Assembly: GCA_051530055.1 (NCBI GenBank)
Contig: CM121342.1
Span: 1,212,797 to 1,276,796 of the forward strand
DNA: 64,000 bases
Direction of reading: 5' to 3'
From: Neoechinorhynchus agilis
Taxonomy: Eukaryota > Animalia > Acanthocephala
The stretch's first letter is position 1. Each line of letters begins with the position of its first letter. Made by a program: the position numbers and the translations under genes. Positions 49,827 through 62,895 of the stretch are shown here, one piece after another. The notes below the pieces were generated by a model. That model had not been told where the DNA came from. It did no database searches and was given only the letters and a program-made list of their open reading frames with translations.

Positions 49827-50636
49827 AATCTTAATGAAATATTGTGGTACATTCAAATGGATGTTAAGTAAATAATTAAAAATTGGTCAATGTCTTCATG
49901 ATTAGAGAAAATAAATGTGAGCTCATAAGAAAAATCGATTCAACGGATTGTATGTGATTTTAGTCTTTCAGTCATGTTAGGAAAATGCTTTTTATTTCCA
50001 GAGATAAAGTTATAAATGTCAATAAAAATTTTGTTTGTACTTTTATGCTTAATTTCGCAAAGATCGATTTCATTAAAATTTCAGGCGTAATAGTTCAACC
50101 CTCACAATGTCCAAATTATGACGCAGAAAGACGGAAATTTTGTAGGAAAAAGGTACTGGGTGTTATCCCCGAAAATTTTAGATTAGGAATTCCGATGGCA
50201 ATTTGTTCTAAATTTAAGAAGTTTTAGCCATTGACCCAACATCAAATCAACTGGTAATCGAATCTATTTGTGATGACGATCAACAAAGAAGGGAATATCG
50301 ACGGTGATGTTCTAATTTTTTTATCCGTTCGTCCGATAAACTGTCGAGAGGCATCTTGATTTATGCAAAGCAATGAAAAGATCCTGAAATATTATCATTT
50401 TAGTCAAAAGAAGTTGATGTTGCATTTGCGGAGATGCAAAATTATTACGTTCCGGATCATCTACAAAGGGAAATATTGGCAGTGAAATTCAATTGATTGG
50501 ACTTATTGGTTGATAATCAATATCGATTGGAAATGGGGGAGATTAATGATAGCACCTTTTATTTTGAGAGTGGAAAATACAAGCCACCGGATTAAGCACC
50601 TCGGGTATCAAGATAATCTTGTAAGCTTTGGGTGGG

Positions 50637-51647
50637 TTATTCTATCTTCGTAGCTAATAAACCTTCAGTCGTAAGGTTGTTGTTTTCCGCACTTTCATCC
50701 GAATCGATAAGCATGTTGGCATTTCGAAAGTCGGCATTGGCCGAGCGTGCCACTCGGGATGCTCTGTTGTTGCTGAGTTGCTTGAAGGATTTGGTGAGCT
50801 CCTTATAACTTTGGGGATCCATAGTTGTGCAGGTATGCGAGCAATTTTCTCTAGACAGTTGGGCAAAACGTCCCTTCAAGCGTTGACGGATCATGGCATA
50901 AACCTACACTTCCCTAAGAGTGCATTTTGTTCTTGCCGGGCTGTGAGTATCACGGGTAGCGGCATGGAAGTCGTAGATTTTGGATCTTCTGGTCGTTGTT
51001 GTCGAATCAGTCTTCGAGACGCCTCTTGACGAAGCCGAGTTCCGTCTATGCGGCTGCGCGAACAACGGTTTTCAGGGTGATCCAGTCGGATAGTCGGACA
51101 CAAGATAGTCTTTGTGGTCGAATCAAACTTCCATAGAGGAAACGTCGTGGTTTGGACTTGACATGTTGAGCATTGGGAAGGATTTTGCAAAAACTTCAAT
51201 CCTTCACTCTCGTAATGGCGTAGTCGGGGAGATACCAGTGATCCCAGCTCGGATGTATCCGAGAGGTGGAAAAGGGCATTAGTGATAAATAGTCCATTTT
51301 CGGCACGAGAAATAGATTGCCAATTGCATTTCCTTTTTCAATTTCATGCTTTCCGATGTTCCACGTTTCGTATTTTTACCCGACTCGGGCATTGAAATCG
51401 TCCAGAGTGAGGAGTTTGAGCCAGTTTGTCGGTGTTGAATTCCGATGTTGGTGAGTCTTTGTTTAATGTCACGGACGACGGTGCTCCTGATAACAAAATC
51501 AACTCGCCTGATAGCTTCGTAATCTCATTTGGGTCAAGTTTCTCTCATCTTAGACCTTAAAATAATTCTCAAATTTGCCAAATCATCATTCGTATTATTG
51601 TAGTCATCGAAATTCCTCTTTGAAGCTTCATGAAATTCTGTTGTCAT
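50637..51647 (-). pseudogene. Disrupted or unresolved multi-exon gene with a GATA-type zinc-finger-like segment
   Basis: CSTC-x20(QVQTTTFPLWKFDSTTKTIL)-CPTI resembles GATA C-x2-C-x17-20-C-x2-C with the PLW motif, but the 4th Cys is missing. Frameshifts and an in-frame TAG separate the pieces; candidate ATG at 51647. Confidence 0.35.
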
Positions 51648-51690
51648 AGCGATCGAAACGCAATCGTAAAGATTTAACTCTTTAGATCAG

Positions 51691-52533
51691 ATGTACTGTG
51701 ATCAGATTATTGAGGGAAAATTAGTCCTCTGCCCTTGGGATATCGACGAATTGACCAAGATTTTATTGGAAGCTCCACAAGAGACATCGAAGATTGTCAT
51801 ATTCGTGAAAGGTTATTCTGTAATATCTCAAATAGTCATTCGAGATCTAAAGACGCCTGTAATAATTTGCGTCGATGTAGAAATAGTACGCGAGGCTACT
51901 AAGAAGTTCCATATAAAGAAGTTTCCAACTGTTGTTTCGATGTGCTGCGGTAGAGAAACTGCCCGTTTCACAGGAATGAAACCTCGCCCGTATTATGAAA
52001 GATTTCTTAATGAGTATTTCAGGAAATCAAATGTATGTGCACCACACAATGTAATCGAAATCACGGTCATGTCCATGATTACTAATCTTATGGACGATCT
52101 AAGTTCAAAAAAACCATTACTTGTCGTTGATTTCTACTCTGATTGGTGCCAATTCTGCTCAATGATGAGTGTTGTTCTTGAAGATTTGTCCATCGAACGG
52201 CAAGATGTTATGTTCTGTAAATTGAATGTTGATTTACCTCTGGGTTCTCTAATGGCCAAAAAGCTCGGCATTTTTTCTCTACCAACCATCGATCTAATTA
52301 CCAATAGGAGTCTAATGCCTAAGGGAAAAAATTTACGTATTCTTCGCTTCCCGGGAAAAGAAGTCCCTTATGTTAGGGTAGCGAGCCGCACTGGATATCA
52401 AACGAAGGCTGAGTTAAGTTCATGCATCGACGAGGCAATTGAACAGATTCGGAATAGGAGCAAAATTGGTAGATTAGTTTGTAACGTGATGCGTTCCTTT
52501 GAAAGACTAAGTGTCTGGTTGTCACATAAATAA
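51691..52533 (+). CDS. 280-aa protein with two thioredoxin folds (second has WCQFC)
   Basis: LLVVDFYSDWCQFC..FCKLNVD..LGIFSLPT is a canonical Trx layout. The N-terminal domain (..KKFHIKKFPTVV..ETARFTG) is Trx-like without CxxC. Confidence 0.88.
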   Translation: MYCDQIIEGKLVLCPWDIDELTKILLEAPQETSKIVIFVKGYSVISQIVIRDLKTPVIICVDVEIVREATKKFHIKKFPTVVSMCCGRETARFTGMKPRPYYERFLNEYFRKSNVCAPHNVIEITVMSMITNLMDDLSSKKPLLVVDFYSDWCQFCSMMSVVLEDLSIERQDVMFCKLNVDLPLGSLMAKKLGIFSLPTIDLITNRSLMPKGKNLRILRFPGKEVPYVRVASRTGYQTKAELSSCIDEAIEQIRNRSKIGRLVCNVMRSFERLSVWLSHK

Positions 52534-53899
52534 ACTTCCATTCTTTGTTCGTCTATAATTTCGGTTCTTAAATATTACTGGCAAGCCGGTTCTATTATCG
52601 GTGTTGCTTCATGCCAATAAGGAAAACTAAAAAGCCGAGTAAGGGATGTAATAATCTGAATTTAATTTTAATTCTTATATTAAGCTACAGCCTGTAATTA
52701 CTGCTCGTTCATTTGCTCCAATGGGTGCATTTTCCATCAAATTCACTTTGATTATTTAATTTCCGAAAGTTTAGTTTGACGAACATCCAGGAAATAAAGA
52801 CCTGCTTCTCGGAATGTAAAAAGTGCCATTCCACTTCCGCTTTTCAAACATAGGATCTCTACAATGATCGTGAAATAAAAGTTAATAATTGCCGTAAAAA
52901 TTTCATTAGCGTACATGGGGATTCGAAGCTCGAACGAAATTTGTTTTGGAACAGATTGAATACTGTTAATCTATGCGAATTTTTGTCTCCGATCGTGGAA
53001 AATAGCAGTTGCCAAAGTTATATTCAAAGGTTAGAAGATGACGAACACATTAGAATGTGCTAAAAAGCTTTCTTCTAATTCGAAAGCTTTCAATTTAAGG
53101 ACTATGTAAGCAAAGCTTATATAAAATTTTATCTATCCGTGGCCGACTGATTTCTGTTTTAGTTCATTGAAAGATATTGAATGATATTCGATTTCCTTTC
53201 ACTGTAGTGTAATCTCTTAAAAAATTTAACCCCATTTTAAAGCACGCGTAGAACGCCTTTATTTAAAAATCCCTCTATGGAATCGGAAATTTCGATAAAA
53301 ACATTGGCGAAGTATTTCACGTTTTACGAATTTCAATGACAATGATTATGCGAGATTAAAAGTTAGGACTCTATTAACATTAAGTATTTACACGAATTGT
53401 GTTTTTCCGATAAAGTTTGATCCTGCAAAAAATGCACTTCCCTTCTTGTTGTATTCTTTTATTTTAAACAACATTTAAAAAAACTCTAATTGAATTATTC
53501 GGTATTTTGTGGTAGCTTTTAAGCATTGTTTGCAAAAATATTTTTTTCGTTATATTGCATTTTTAGAGATCACTGCTCAAATCGCAGTTAAATCGCTTTC
53601 TTGATTTTTAATTGGTTACACATTTGTCACGTTTTTATGGCTACGAATAGGCGTTTATCTAAGCGATTAATGTTAAATTGCCCATTATTTTTTTATAACG
53701 TTTTTCGATTGTTTGGCACGGCGTTCTGTGCTTATGTGTGAAATTGAGCAAATATTATTTCGTTTCATGATCTTGGTCATTTAACTATGCTGAGATGGTT
53801 AAATGCGAATTTAGAACATGTCGAGAATTAAAAGAGGTTCAAACAATTAAAACGTTAACAAATGTGTGTGCAAGCACTGGAACATGCGATTTGCCGGTG

Positions 53900-56800
53900 G
53901 TTTTTGTGGTGGCTTTTCTTATTATTGGAGACGATCGCATGACTTACAATGTAATGATTTTGATTGCAACTGATCACCTTTGTGAACTTCTATCCCTTTA
54001 TAGTCGACACTGCAAGGCATTTTACTTGCTTCAACATGAATCTCGTTTGCTTTTCTTAACATCTTTTTAAATTCACTAATATATTACTTTTCTATTTGAG
54101 AAGTTCTGTACTCGGATAATGATTTCCATTTTTAGAAGATTGCTCTTGAATCTCGGATCAATTATTCGCTCTTTATAACTTGAGTATCCGCCCCATTTAT
54201 CTTTAATATTTTTTGAGTTCCTTGGCACGGTAGCTTTGAGATTTGAACTTTGTTCAGGACGCTGGACAACTTTACTAATTCTACTATTGACATTTTGATG
54301 AAGGCTGTTTAAAAATACGAATGCTGATTGTTTAGACTTCTCCTATTAAAATGATCATCAATTTGATTATTATTAAATAGTCGCTTCCGACTAAGTATTG
54401 ATAAGGGTTCTTGTATTTCTTAATCTCGTAATTGGATTGACGGGAACGAGATAGATGCAAGGTTGTACGTCTTGTCATTGGAGCCGTACTTATCCTTCTG
54501 CTTTGTTCTCGAACTACGTCAACTCTTTGTGCCATAGCCTTGAGGTTGCCTTGCTTCATATAATCCTTGACTTTGGAAAGCTAGAAAATCGGATTAAAAT
54601 TGATTTATTTTCCTAACTTCAAATTTCTACGTTTATTAGAAAAAAATATATTAAAATCAAAAATAATTGAAAACCTATTAGCTAACAAGACGCTTAAAAG
54701 CTGTCAAAATATTGATATTTGTCGCAACAAATTCACAACACTGGCATTATTCGCGTTCTGCATAAATATTTGCTAGCATCAAATACTTGTTGTTGATAAC
54801 AATAATATTTTCTGTTTTGCAAGCTATCTCAATTCTTCGTAGATACATTCACCGACTACTGCCTTTATCTTCGAAGAAAAACGATGGATGTTCGAGGAAC
54901 GCTCTCTAATGCTAAATTTTCTGTCGAGCGTTGTTGCGAATAACTTACCTTATTAAAAATTATTATTGTTTAATTTAACGTCGATTGGACTTTGTATAGC
55001 TGATAAAATAATCGGTTATTGTTCAAAGTCAACAAACGATCGAATAGCTTGTGTCAACGTCGAAATTGGAACTTGTCAAGAAGCAAAGCAATGGAAAGGC
55101 ACGACTTTTACAACTTTTGCAACACCAATGCTCAACCAAATCTTGGGCACCCGCATTCATGTGAAAGCAAGAACCCAATTCCCAGATCAAATCTTACCTC
55201 TTGACCGTTCTGATATTGTCGTCGGCCTGGCAGATTCAATTACAATGAAACACCTGCCAATATCCGGAGTATCGACTGCAATCAGGGAGGTTATTTGCCT
55301 AACAGTTCGGGCTCCTTTTGTGGAACCAAGCACAAAAGATCGCAGTAACAACCGCATCCTAGAGCCTCCTCAAAGGGGTTCGACGTCCTAAATCCTCATT
55401 AGAATATTCTTTACATGGTCAGTTATTAACCGAGGTATTTACACACTGCAATATCCTCGATCCTTCTATGACGATTAAACGTAGTTGTCGTTTCCGAATC
55501 GAAATGTATCCTTTCCCGATCATATCGACTAATGATATTGTATTGGAAATCCAATATTTCATTACACGGCTCTCTGCTGAAACGACCACGACTCAATTAC
55601 CGACAATTGCCGCACCGAGACGTCAAATGAGATCGTCAGCGTGAGAATCTTCGAATAACATTAGAATTAAATTATTAAAATCCGACTATAGTAGAAGCCC
55701 GGGGCCATTGACTATGTTCGTTCTCTTCGTCATCTTTAAGCCTTTCCAATTCATCAATTGAACTGCCCCAACCATCTCTATCTTCTACGTCAACAGTTCC
55801 CGCGCTTCGTTTTCGAATGTTCCTTGATCTCGGTGATTTATGTTCGTTCTCTTCGTCATCTTTCAGGACTCCAAATTCATCAATTGAACTTCCCTAATCG
55901 CTATAATCCTCTTCATCAGCATTTCACGCAGCTCGTTTGCGAATTTCATTCAATCTCTATGATTTATATTCGTGCTCGCCGTCATTTTTAAGCGTTCCCA
56001 AGGCATCAAATAAACTTCTTCAAGCATCTTGATTATCATCGTCAATTATTACTGTGTTTCGTTCTTTGATTCCCTTTATCCTCTGGATTTCATGTTTAGT
56101 CCTCGTTTCCGAATCGAAATGTGTCCTTTCCCGATCATATCGACTAATGATATTGTATTGGAAATCCAATATTTCATTACACGGCTCTCCAACTCGAGAT
56201 TTACTCTACACTTCGGTGTCATTTTTAGAATTTCGCCACTCTGCTGAAACGTCCACGACTCTATCACCGACAATTGCTGCACCGAGACGTCAAACGAGAT
56301 CGTCAGCGTGAGAATCTTCGAATAACATTAGAATTAAATTATTAAAATCCGATTATAGTAGAAGCCCGGGGCCATTGACTATGTTCGTTCTCTTGGTCAT
56401 CTTTAAGCTCTTCAATCATCAATCGAAACTCGCCCCAGCCACCTCTATCTTTACGCCGGCCAGCTCCCGCGCTTCGTTTTCGAAACGTTCCTTGATCTCG
56501 GTGATTTATGTTCGTTCTCTTCGTCATCTTTCAGACTCAAATTCATCAATTGAACTTCCCTAATCGCTTAAATCCTTTCATCTGCATTTCACGCAGCTCG
56601 TTTGCGAATTTCCGTTCAATCTCTGTGATTTATATTCGTGCTGTCATTTTTAAGCGTTCCTAAGGCATCAAATAAACTTCTTCAAGCGTCTTGATTATCA
56701 ATCATTACTGTGTTTCGTTCTTTGATTCCTTTTATCCTCTGGATTTCATGTTTAGTCCCCGTTTCCGAATCGAAATGTGTCCTTTAGCGATCATATCGAC

Positions 56801-59800
56801 TAATGATATTGTATTGGAAATCCAATATTTCATTACACGGCTCTCCAACTCGAGATTTACACTACACTTCGGTGTCATTTTTAGAAGTTCGCCACTCTGC
56901 TGAAACGTCCACCACTCTATCACCGACAATTGCTGCACCGAGACGTCAAACGAGATCGTCAGCGTGAGAATCTTCGAATAACATTAGAATTAAATTATTA
57001 AAATAGGATTATAGTAGAAGCCCGGGGCCATTGACTATGTTCGTTTTCTTGGTCATCTTTAAGCCTTTCCAATTCATCAATTGAACTGCCCCAACCATCT
57101 CTATCTTTTACGTCAACAGTTCCCGCGCTTCGTTTTCGAATGTTCTTTGATCTCGGTGATTTATGTTCGTTCTCTTCGTCATCTTTCAGGACTCTAAATT
57201 CATCAATTGAACTTCATTAATCGCTTTAATCCTCTTCATCTGCATTTCACGCAGCTCGTTTGCGAATTTCATTCAATCTCTGTGATTTATATTCGTGCTC
57301 GCCGTCATTTTTAAGCGTTCCCAAGGCATCAAATAAACTTCTTCAAGCGTCTTGATTATCATCGTCAACTATTACTGTGTTTCGTTCTTTGATTCTTTTT
57401 ATCCTCTTTTCATGTTTAGTCCTCGTTTCCGAACTGAAACGTGCCCTTTCCCGATCATATCGATCATCGATATTGTATTGGAAATCCAAACATTTCATTA
57501 CACGGCACTCCAACTCGAGATTTACTCTACACTTCGGTGTCATTTTTAGAAGTTCGCCACTCTGCTGAAACGTCCACGACTCTATCACCGACAATTGCTG
57601 CACCGAGACGTCAAATGAGATCGTCAGCGTGAGAATCTTCGACTAACATTAGAATTAAATTATTAAAATCCGATTATGGTAGAAGCCCGGGGCCATTGAC
57701 TATGTTCGTTTTCTTGGTCATCTTTAAGCCTTTCCAATTCATCAATTGAACTGCCCCAACCACCTCTATCTTCTACGTCAACAGTTCCCGCGCTTCGTTT
57801 TCGAATGTTCTTTGATCTCGGTGATTTATGTTCGTTCTCTTCGTCATCTTTCAGGACTCTAAATTCATCAATTGAACTTCCCTAATCGCTTTAATCCTTT
57901 TCATCTGCATTTCACGCAGCTCGTTTGCGAATTTCATTCAATCTCTGTGATTTATATTCGTGCTCGCCGTCATTTTTAAGCGTTCCCAAGGCATCAAATA
58001 AACTTCTTCAAGCGTCTTGATTATCATCGTCAACTATTACTGTGTTTCGTTCTTTGATTCCTTTTATCCTCTGGACTTCATGTTTAGTCCTCGTTTCCGA
58101 ATCGAAATGTGTCAATTCCCGATCATATCGACTAATGATATTGTATTGGAAATTCAATATTTCATTACACGGCTCTCCAACTCGAGATTTACTCTACACT
58201 TCGGTGTCCTTTTTAGAAGTTCGCCACTCTGCTGAAACGTCCACGACTCTATCACCGACAATTGCTGCACCGAGACGTCAAACGAGATCGTCAGCGTGAG
58301 AATCTTCGAATAACATTAGAATTAAATTATTAAAATCCGATTATAGTAGAAGCCCGGGGCCATTGACTATGTTCGTTCTCTTGGTCATCTTTAAGCCTTT
58401 CCAATTCATCAATTGAACTGCCCCAGCCATCTATTTCTTTTACGTCAACAGTTCCCGCGCTTCGTTTTCGAATGTTCCTTGATCTCGGTGATTTATGTTG
58501 GTTCTCTTCGTCATCTTTCAGGACTCCAAATTCATCAATTGAACTTCCCTAATCGCTATAATCCTCTTCATCTGCATTTCACGCAGCTCGTTTGCGAATT
58601 TCATTCAATCTCTGTGATTTATATTCGTGCTCGCCGTCATTTTTAAGCGTTCCCAAGGCATCAAATAAACTTCTTCAAGCGTCCTGATTATCATCTTCAA
58701 CTATTACTGTGTTTCGTTCTTTGATTCCTTTTATCCTCTGGATTTCATGTTTAGTCCTCGTTTCCGAATCGAAATGTGCCTTTCCTCGATCATATCGATT
58801 TCATCGATATTGTATTGGAAATCCAATATTTCATTACACGGTTCTCCAACTCGAGATTTACTCTACACTTCGGTGTCATTTTTAGAAGTTCGCCACTCTG
58901 CTGAAACGTCCGCGACTCTATCACCGACAATTGCCTCACCCAGACGTCAAATGAGATCGTCAGCGTGAGAATCTTCGAATAACATTAGAATTAAATTATT
59001 AAAATCCGCTGATTATGGTGAAGCTCGGGGCCATTGACTATGTCGTTCTCTTTGTCATCTTTAAGCCTTTCCCAATTCATCAATTGAACTGCCTCAACCA
59101 TCTCTATCATCTACGTCAACAGTTCCCGCGCTTCGTTTTCGAATGTTCTTTGATCTCGGTGATTTATGTTCGTTCTCTTCGTCATCTTTCAGATCAAATT
59201 CATCAATTGAACTTCCCTAATCGCTTTAATCTCTTCATCTGCATTTCACGCAGCTCGTTTGCGAATTTCATTCAATCTCTGTGATTTATGTTCGTGCTCG
59301 CCGCCATTTTTAAGCGTTCCCAAGGCATCAAATAAACTTCTTCAAGCGTCTTGATTATCATCGTCAACTATTACTGTGTTTCGTTCTTTGATTCCTTTTA
59401 TCCTCTTGATTTCATGTTTAGTCCTCGTTTCCGAATCGAAATGTGCCCTTTCCCGATCATATCGACTAATGATATCGTATTGGAAATCCAATATTTCATT
59501 ACACGGCTCTCCAACTCGAGATTTACTCTACACTTCGGTGTCATTTTTAGAAGTTCGCCACTCTGCTGAAACGTCCACGACTCTATCACCGACAATTGCT
59601 GCACCGAGACGTCAAACGAGATCGTCAGCGTGAGAATCTTCGAATAACATTAGAATTAAATTATTAAAATCCGATTATGGTAGAAGCCCGGGGCCATTGA
59701 CTATGTTCGTTCTGTTGGTCATCTTTAAGCCTTTCCAATTCATCAATTGAACTTCCCCAGCAATCTCTATCTTTTACGTCAACAGTTCCCGCGCTTCGTT

Positions 59801-62150
59801 TTCGAATGTTCTTTGATCTCGGTGATTTATGTTCGTTCTCTTCGTCATCTTTCAGGACTCCAAATTCATCAATTGAACTTCCCTAATCGCTATAATCCTC
59901 TTCATCAGCATTTCACGCAGCTCGTTTGCGAATTTCATTCAATCTCTGTGATTTATATTCGTGCTCGCCGTCATTTTTAAGCGTTCCCAAGGCATCAAAT
60001 AAACTTCTTCAAGCATCTTGATTATATCGTCAATTATTACTGTGTTTCGTTCTTTGATTCCTTTTATCCTCTGGATTTCATGTTTAGTCCTCGTTTCTGA
60101 ATCGAAATGTGTCCTATCTCGACCATATCGACTAATGATATTGTATTGCAAATCCAACATTTGATTACACGGTTCTCAAACTCGAGATTTATTCAATACT
60201 TCGGTGTCATTTTTAGAAGTTCGCAACACTGCTGAAACGTCCACGACTCTATCATGGACTATTGCCTCATCGAGACGTCAAACGAGATCGTCAGCGTGAG
60301 AATCTTCGAATAACATTAGAAATAAATTATTAAAATCCGATTATAGTAGAAGCTCGGGGCCATTGACTATGTTCGTTCTCTTTGTCATCTTTTAAGCCTT
60401 CACCCATCAATTGAACTGCCCCAGCCATCTCTATCTTTTACGTCAACAGTTCCCGCGCTTCGTTTTCGAATGTTCCTTGATCTCGGTGATTTATGTTCGT
60501 TCTCTTCGTCATCTTTCAGGACTCCAAATTCATCAATTGAACTTCCCTAATCGCCTTAATCCTCTTCATCTGCATTTCACGCAGCTCGTTTGCGAATTTC
60601 ATTCAATCTCTGTGATTTATATTCGTGCTCGCCGTCATTTTAAAGCGTTCCCAAGGCATCAATAAACTTCTTCGTCTTGATTATCATCGTCAATTATTAC
60701 TGTGTTTCGTTCTTTGATTCTCTTTATCCTCTGGATTCTGGCGTTTGGGTCCTCGTTTCCGAATCGAAATGTGTCCTTTCCGATCATATCGACTAATGAT
60801 ATTGTATTGGAAATCCAATATTTCATTACACGGCTCTCCAACTCGAGATTTACTCTACACTTCGGTGTCATTTTTAGAAGTTGGCCACTCTGCTGAAACG
60901 TCCACCACTCTATCACCGACAATTGCTGCACCGAGACGTCAAACGAGATCGTCAGCGTGAGAATCTTCGAATAACATTAGAATTAAATTATTAAAATAGG
61001 ATTATAGTAGAAGCCCGGGGCCATTGACTATGTTCGTTTTCTTGGTCATCTTTAAGCCTTTCCAATTCATCAATTGAACTGCCCCAACCATCTCTATCTT
61101 CTACGTCAACAGTTCCCGCGCTTCGTTTTCGAATGTTCCTTGATCTCGGTGATTTATGTTCGTTCTCTTCGTCATCTTTCAGGACTCCAAATTCATCAAT
61201 TGAACTTCCCTAATCGCTTTAATCCTCTTCATCAAAATTTCACGCAGCTCGTTTGCGAATTTCTAATCTTAATGAAATATTGTGGTAAATTCAAATGGAT
61301 GTTAAGTAAATAATTAAAAATTAGTCCATATCATCATGATTAGAGAAAACAAATGTGAGCTCATAAGAAAAATCGATTCAACGGATTGCATGGGATTTTA
61401 GTCTTTCAGTCATGTTATGAATATGCTTTTTATTTCTAGAGATAAAGTTATAAATGTCAATAAAAATTTTGTTTGTACTTTTATGCCTAATTTCGCAAAG
61501 ATCGATTTCATTAAAATTTCAGGTGTAATAGTTCAAATCTCACAATGTCCAAATTATGACGCGGAAAGACGGAAATTTTGCAGGAAAAAGGTACTGGGTG
61601 TTATCCCCGAAAATTTTAGATTAGGAATTCCGATGGCAATTTGCTCTAAATTTAAGAAGTTTTAGCCATTGACCCAACATCAAATCAACTGTTAATCGAA
61701 TCTATTTGTGATGACGATCAACAAAAAAGCGATTATCGATGGTGATGTTCTAATTTTTGTCCGTTCGGAAGATTAGCTGTCGAGAGGCATCTTGATTTAT
61801 GCAAAGCAATGAAAAGATCCTGAAATATTATCATTCTAGTCAAAAGAAGTTGATGTTGCATTTGCGGAGATGCAAAATTATTACGTTCCGGATCATCTAC
61901 AAAGGGAAATATTGGCAGTGAAATTCAATTGATTGGACTTATTGGTTTATAATCAATATCGATTGGAAATGAGGGAGATTAATGATAGCCCCTTTTATTT
62001 TGAGAGTGGAAAATACAAGCCACCGGATTAAGCACCTCGGGTATCAAGATAATCTTGTAAGCGTTGGGTGGGTTATTCTATCTTCGTAGCTGATAAACCT
62101 TCAGTCGTAAGGTTGTTGTTTTCCGCACTTTCATCCGAATCGATAAGCAT
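53900..62150. repeat. Segmental duplication, copy B
   Basis: See copy A; ends at ..gaatcgataagcat (62150), inside the 3' end of the 50637-type frame. Confidence 0.95.
55488..61262 (-). repeat. 667-bp tandem array B (~8.7 units)
   Basis: Marker at 55645, 56312, 56968, 57633, 58300, 58969, 59634, 60300 and 60961 (spacings 656-669). Confidence 0.97.
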
Positions 62151-62158
62151 TTGGACGT

Positions 62159-62386
62159 TTAAGCGGTGGGGCAGAAAGAGCGGAGATGGAACGCTCCAGG
62201 AAAATGTTTAAAAGAATGAGTTAGAGAACAGCACATTGTGGGACATCGTTGTTGATAGCTGGGGTGTTCGAAGCAATGCTCCCTATTTCTATAATTTGTA
62301 ATTCTCAATGGCGAATTGTAACACACTCGAGATTTCTTGAACTCTTCATTGCGAATTTTCAAGGCCTCAGCCTCTTTGTCAAGCAT
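62159..62386 (-). mobile_element. Possible decayed LTR-retrotransposon Gag zinc-knuckle region
   Basis: RNEEFKKSRVCYNS..C..RCPTMC resembles BEL/Gypsy gag R..F.K..RLCFNC knuckles, but the Cys pattern is incomplete. Confidence 0.3.
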
Positions 62387-62439
62387 CTAAAAATGGATGT
62401 GGTGGGGGTTCGGGTGAGCGGGACTGTCGACTCCCGAGG

Positions 62440-62895
62440 TGATGTTTCACCCCCGACGCAACAGACCCTTGGAGATTCCTCGTCGTAAGTGTTCCCTTCC
62501 ACCGTGTCCTCCGTGCCAATGAGCGAAGCCTCTTTTATCAACCTTTGTTCAATCACGCTATCAACAACGACCACAGAATCGATTTTGAAAACGCGTGTAC
62601 AAGTTGCTTGACTCTTTTTCGCATTCCCTGTTTTGTTTGTCCAACATAGACCTGGTCACAATCCTTACAGGGTATCGAATATACCACGCATCAATTTTCC
62701 ATAAGCTGTGATGGTTTCACTTTCAATATCCCGCTATGCCAAGAAATTGTTCAACCTAGGATGTCAAAGATGGAAACAGCCGACGCATGATAATCGATTG
62801 TTCAATTGGTCGAGTATACTCGAGCATCATACGTTAAGGATAACCCGCCATTCGTTTAAGCAATCGGAAAATACGATTCTCGCAACTTCCTTTGG
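62440..62895 (-). mobile_element. Penelope-like element thumb and GIY-YIG endonuclease remnant
   Basis: RIFRLLKRMAGYP; CVVYSIPCKDCDQVYVGQTKQGMRKRVKQ; QRLIKEASLI. Confidence 0.9.

Larger units (their letters stand above)
44890..50714. repeat. Segmental duplication, copy A
   Basis: Collinear with ~53900-62150 (left flank, 667-bp array, right flank ending ..gaatcgataagcat). Copy B has extra ~139-bp (53925-54063) and 410-bp (54319-54728) segments. Confidence 0.95.

Noticed and set aside
45939-61262. Alternative genetic code (TGA/TAG recoding) to explain stops in the 667-bp frame
   Set aside because: ATP6AP2 terminates at TGA exactly where its family ends, other ORFs end in TAG/TAA, long genes have no in-frame TGA/TAG, and Trp is TGG. 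Standard code fits.
37124-61262. CRISPR-like repeat-spacer array
   Set aside because: Units are 487/667-bp full tandem copies with no unique spacers, in a eukaryotic intron-containing context.
46209-61313. Repeated plus-strand ORFs (MNCPNHLYLL.., MIIIVNYY.., MFRSLIPF..) and short minus ORFs (MQQLSVIE..)
   Set aside because: Mostly TTG/GTG starts with unnatural composition; they are shadows or off-frames of the fossil minus-strand frame in the satellite.
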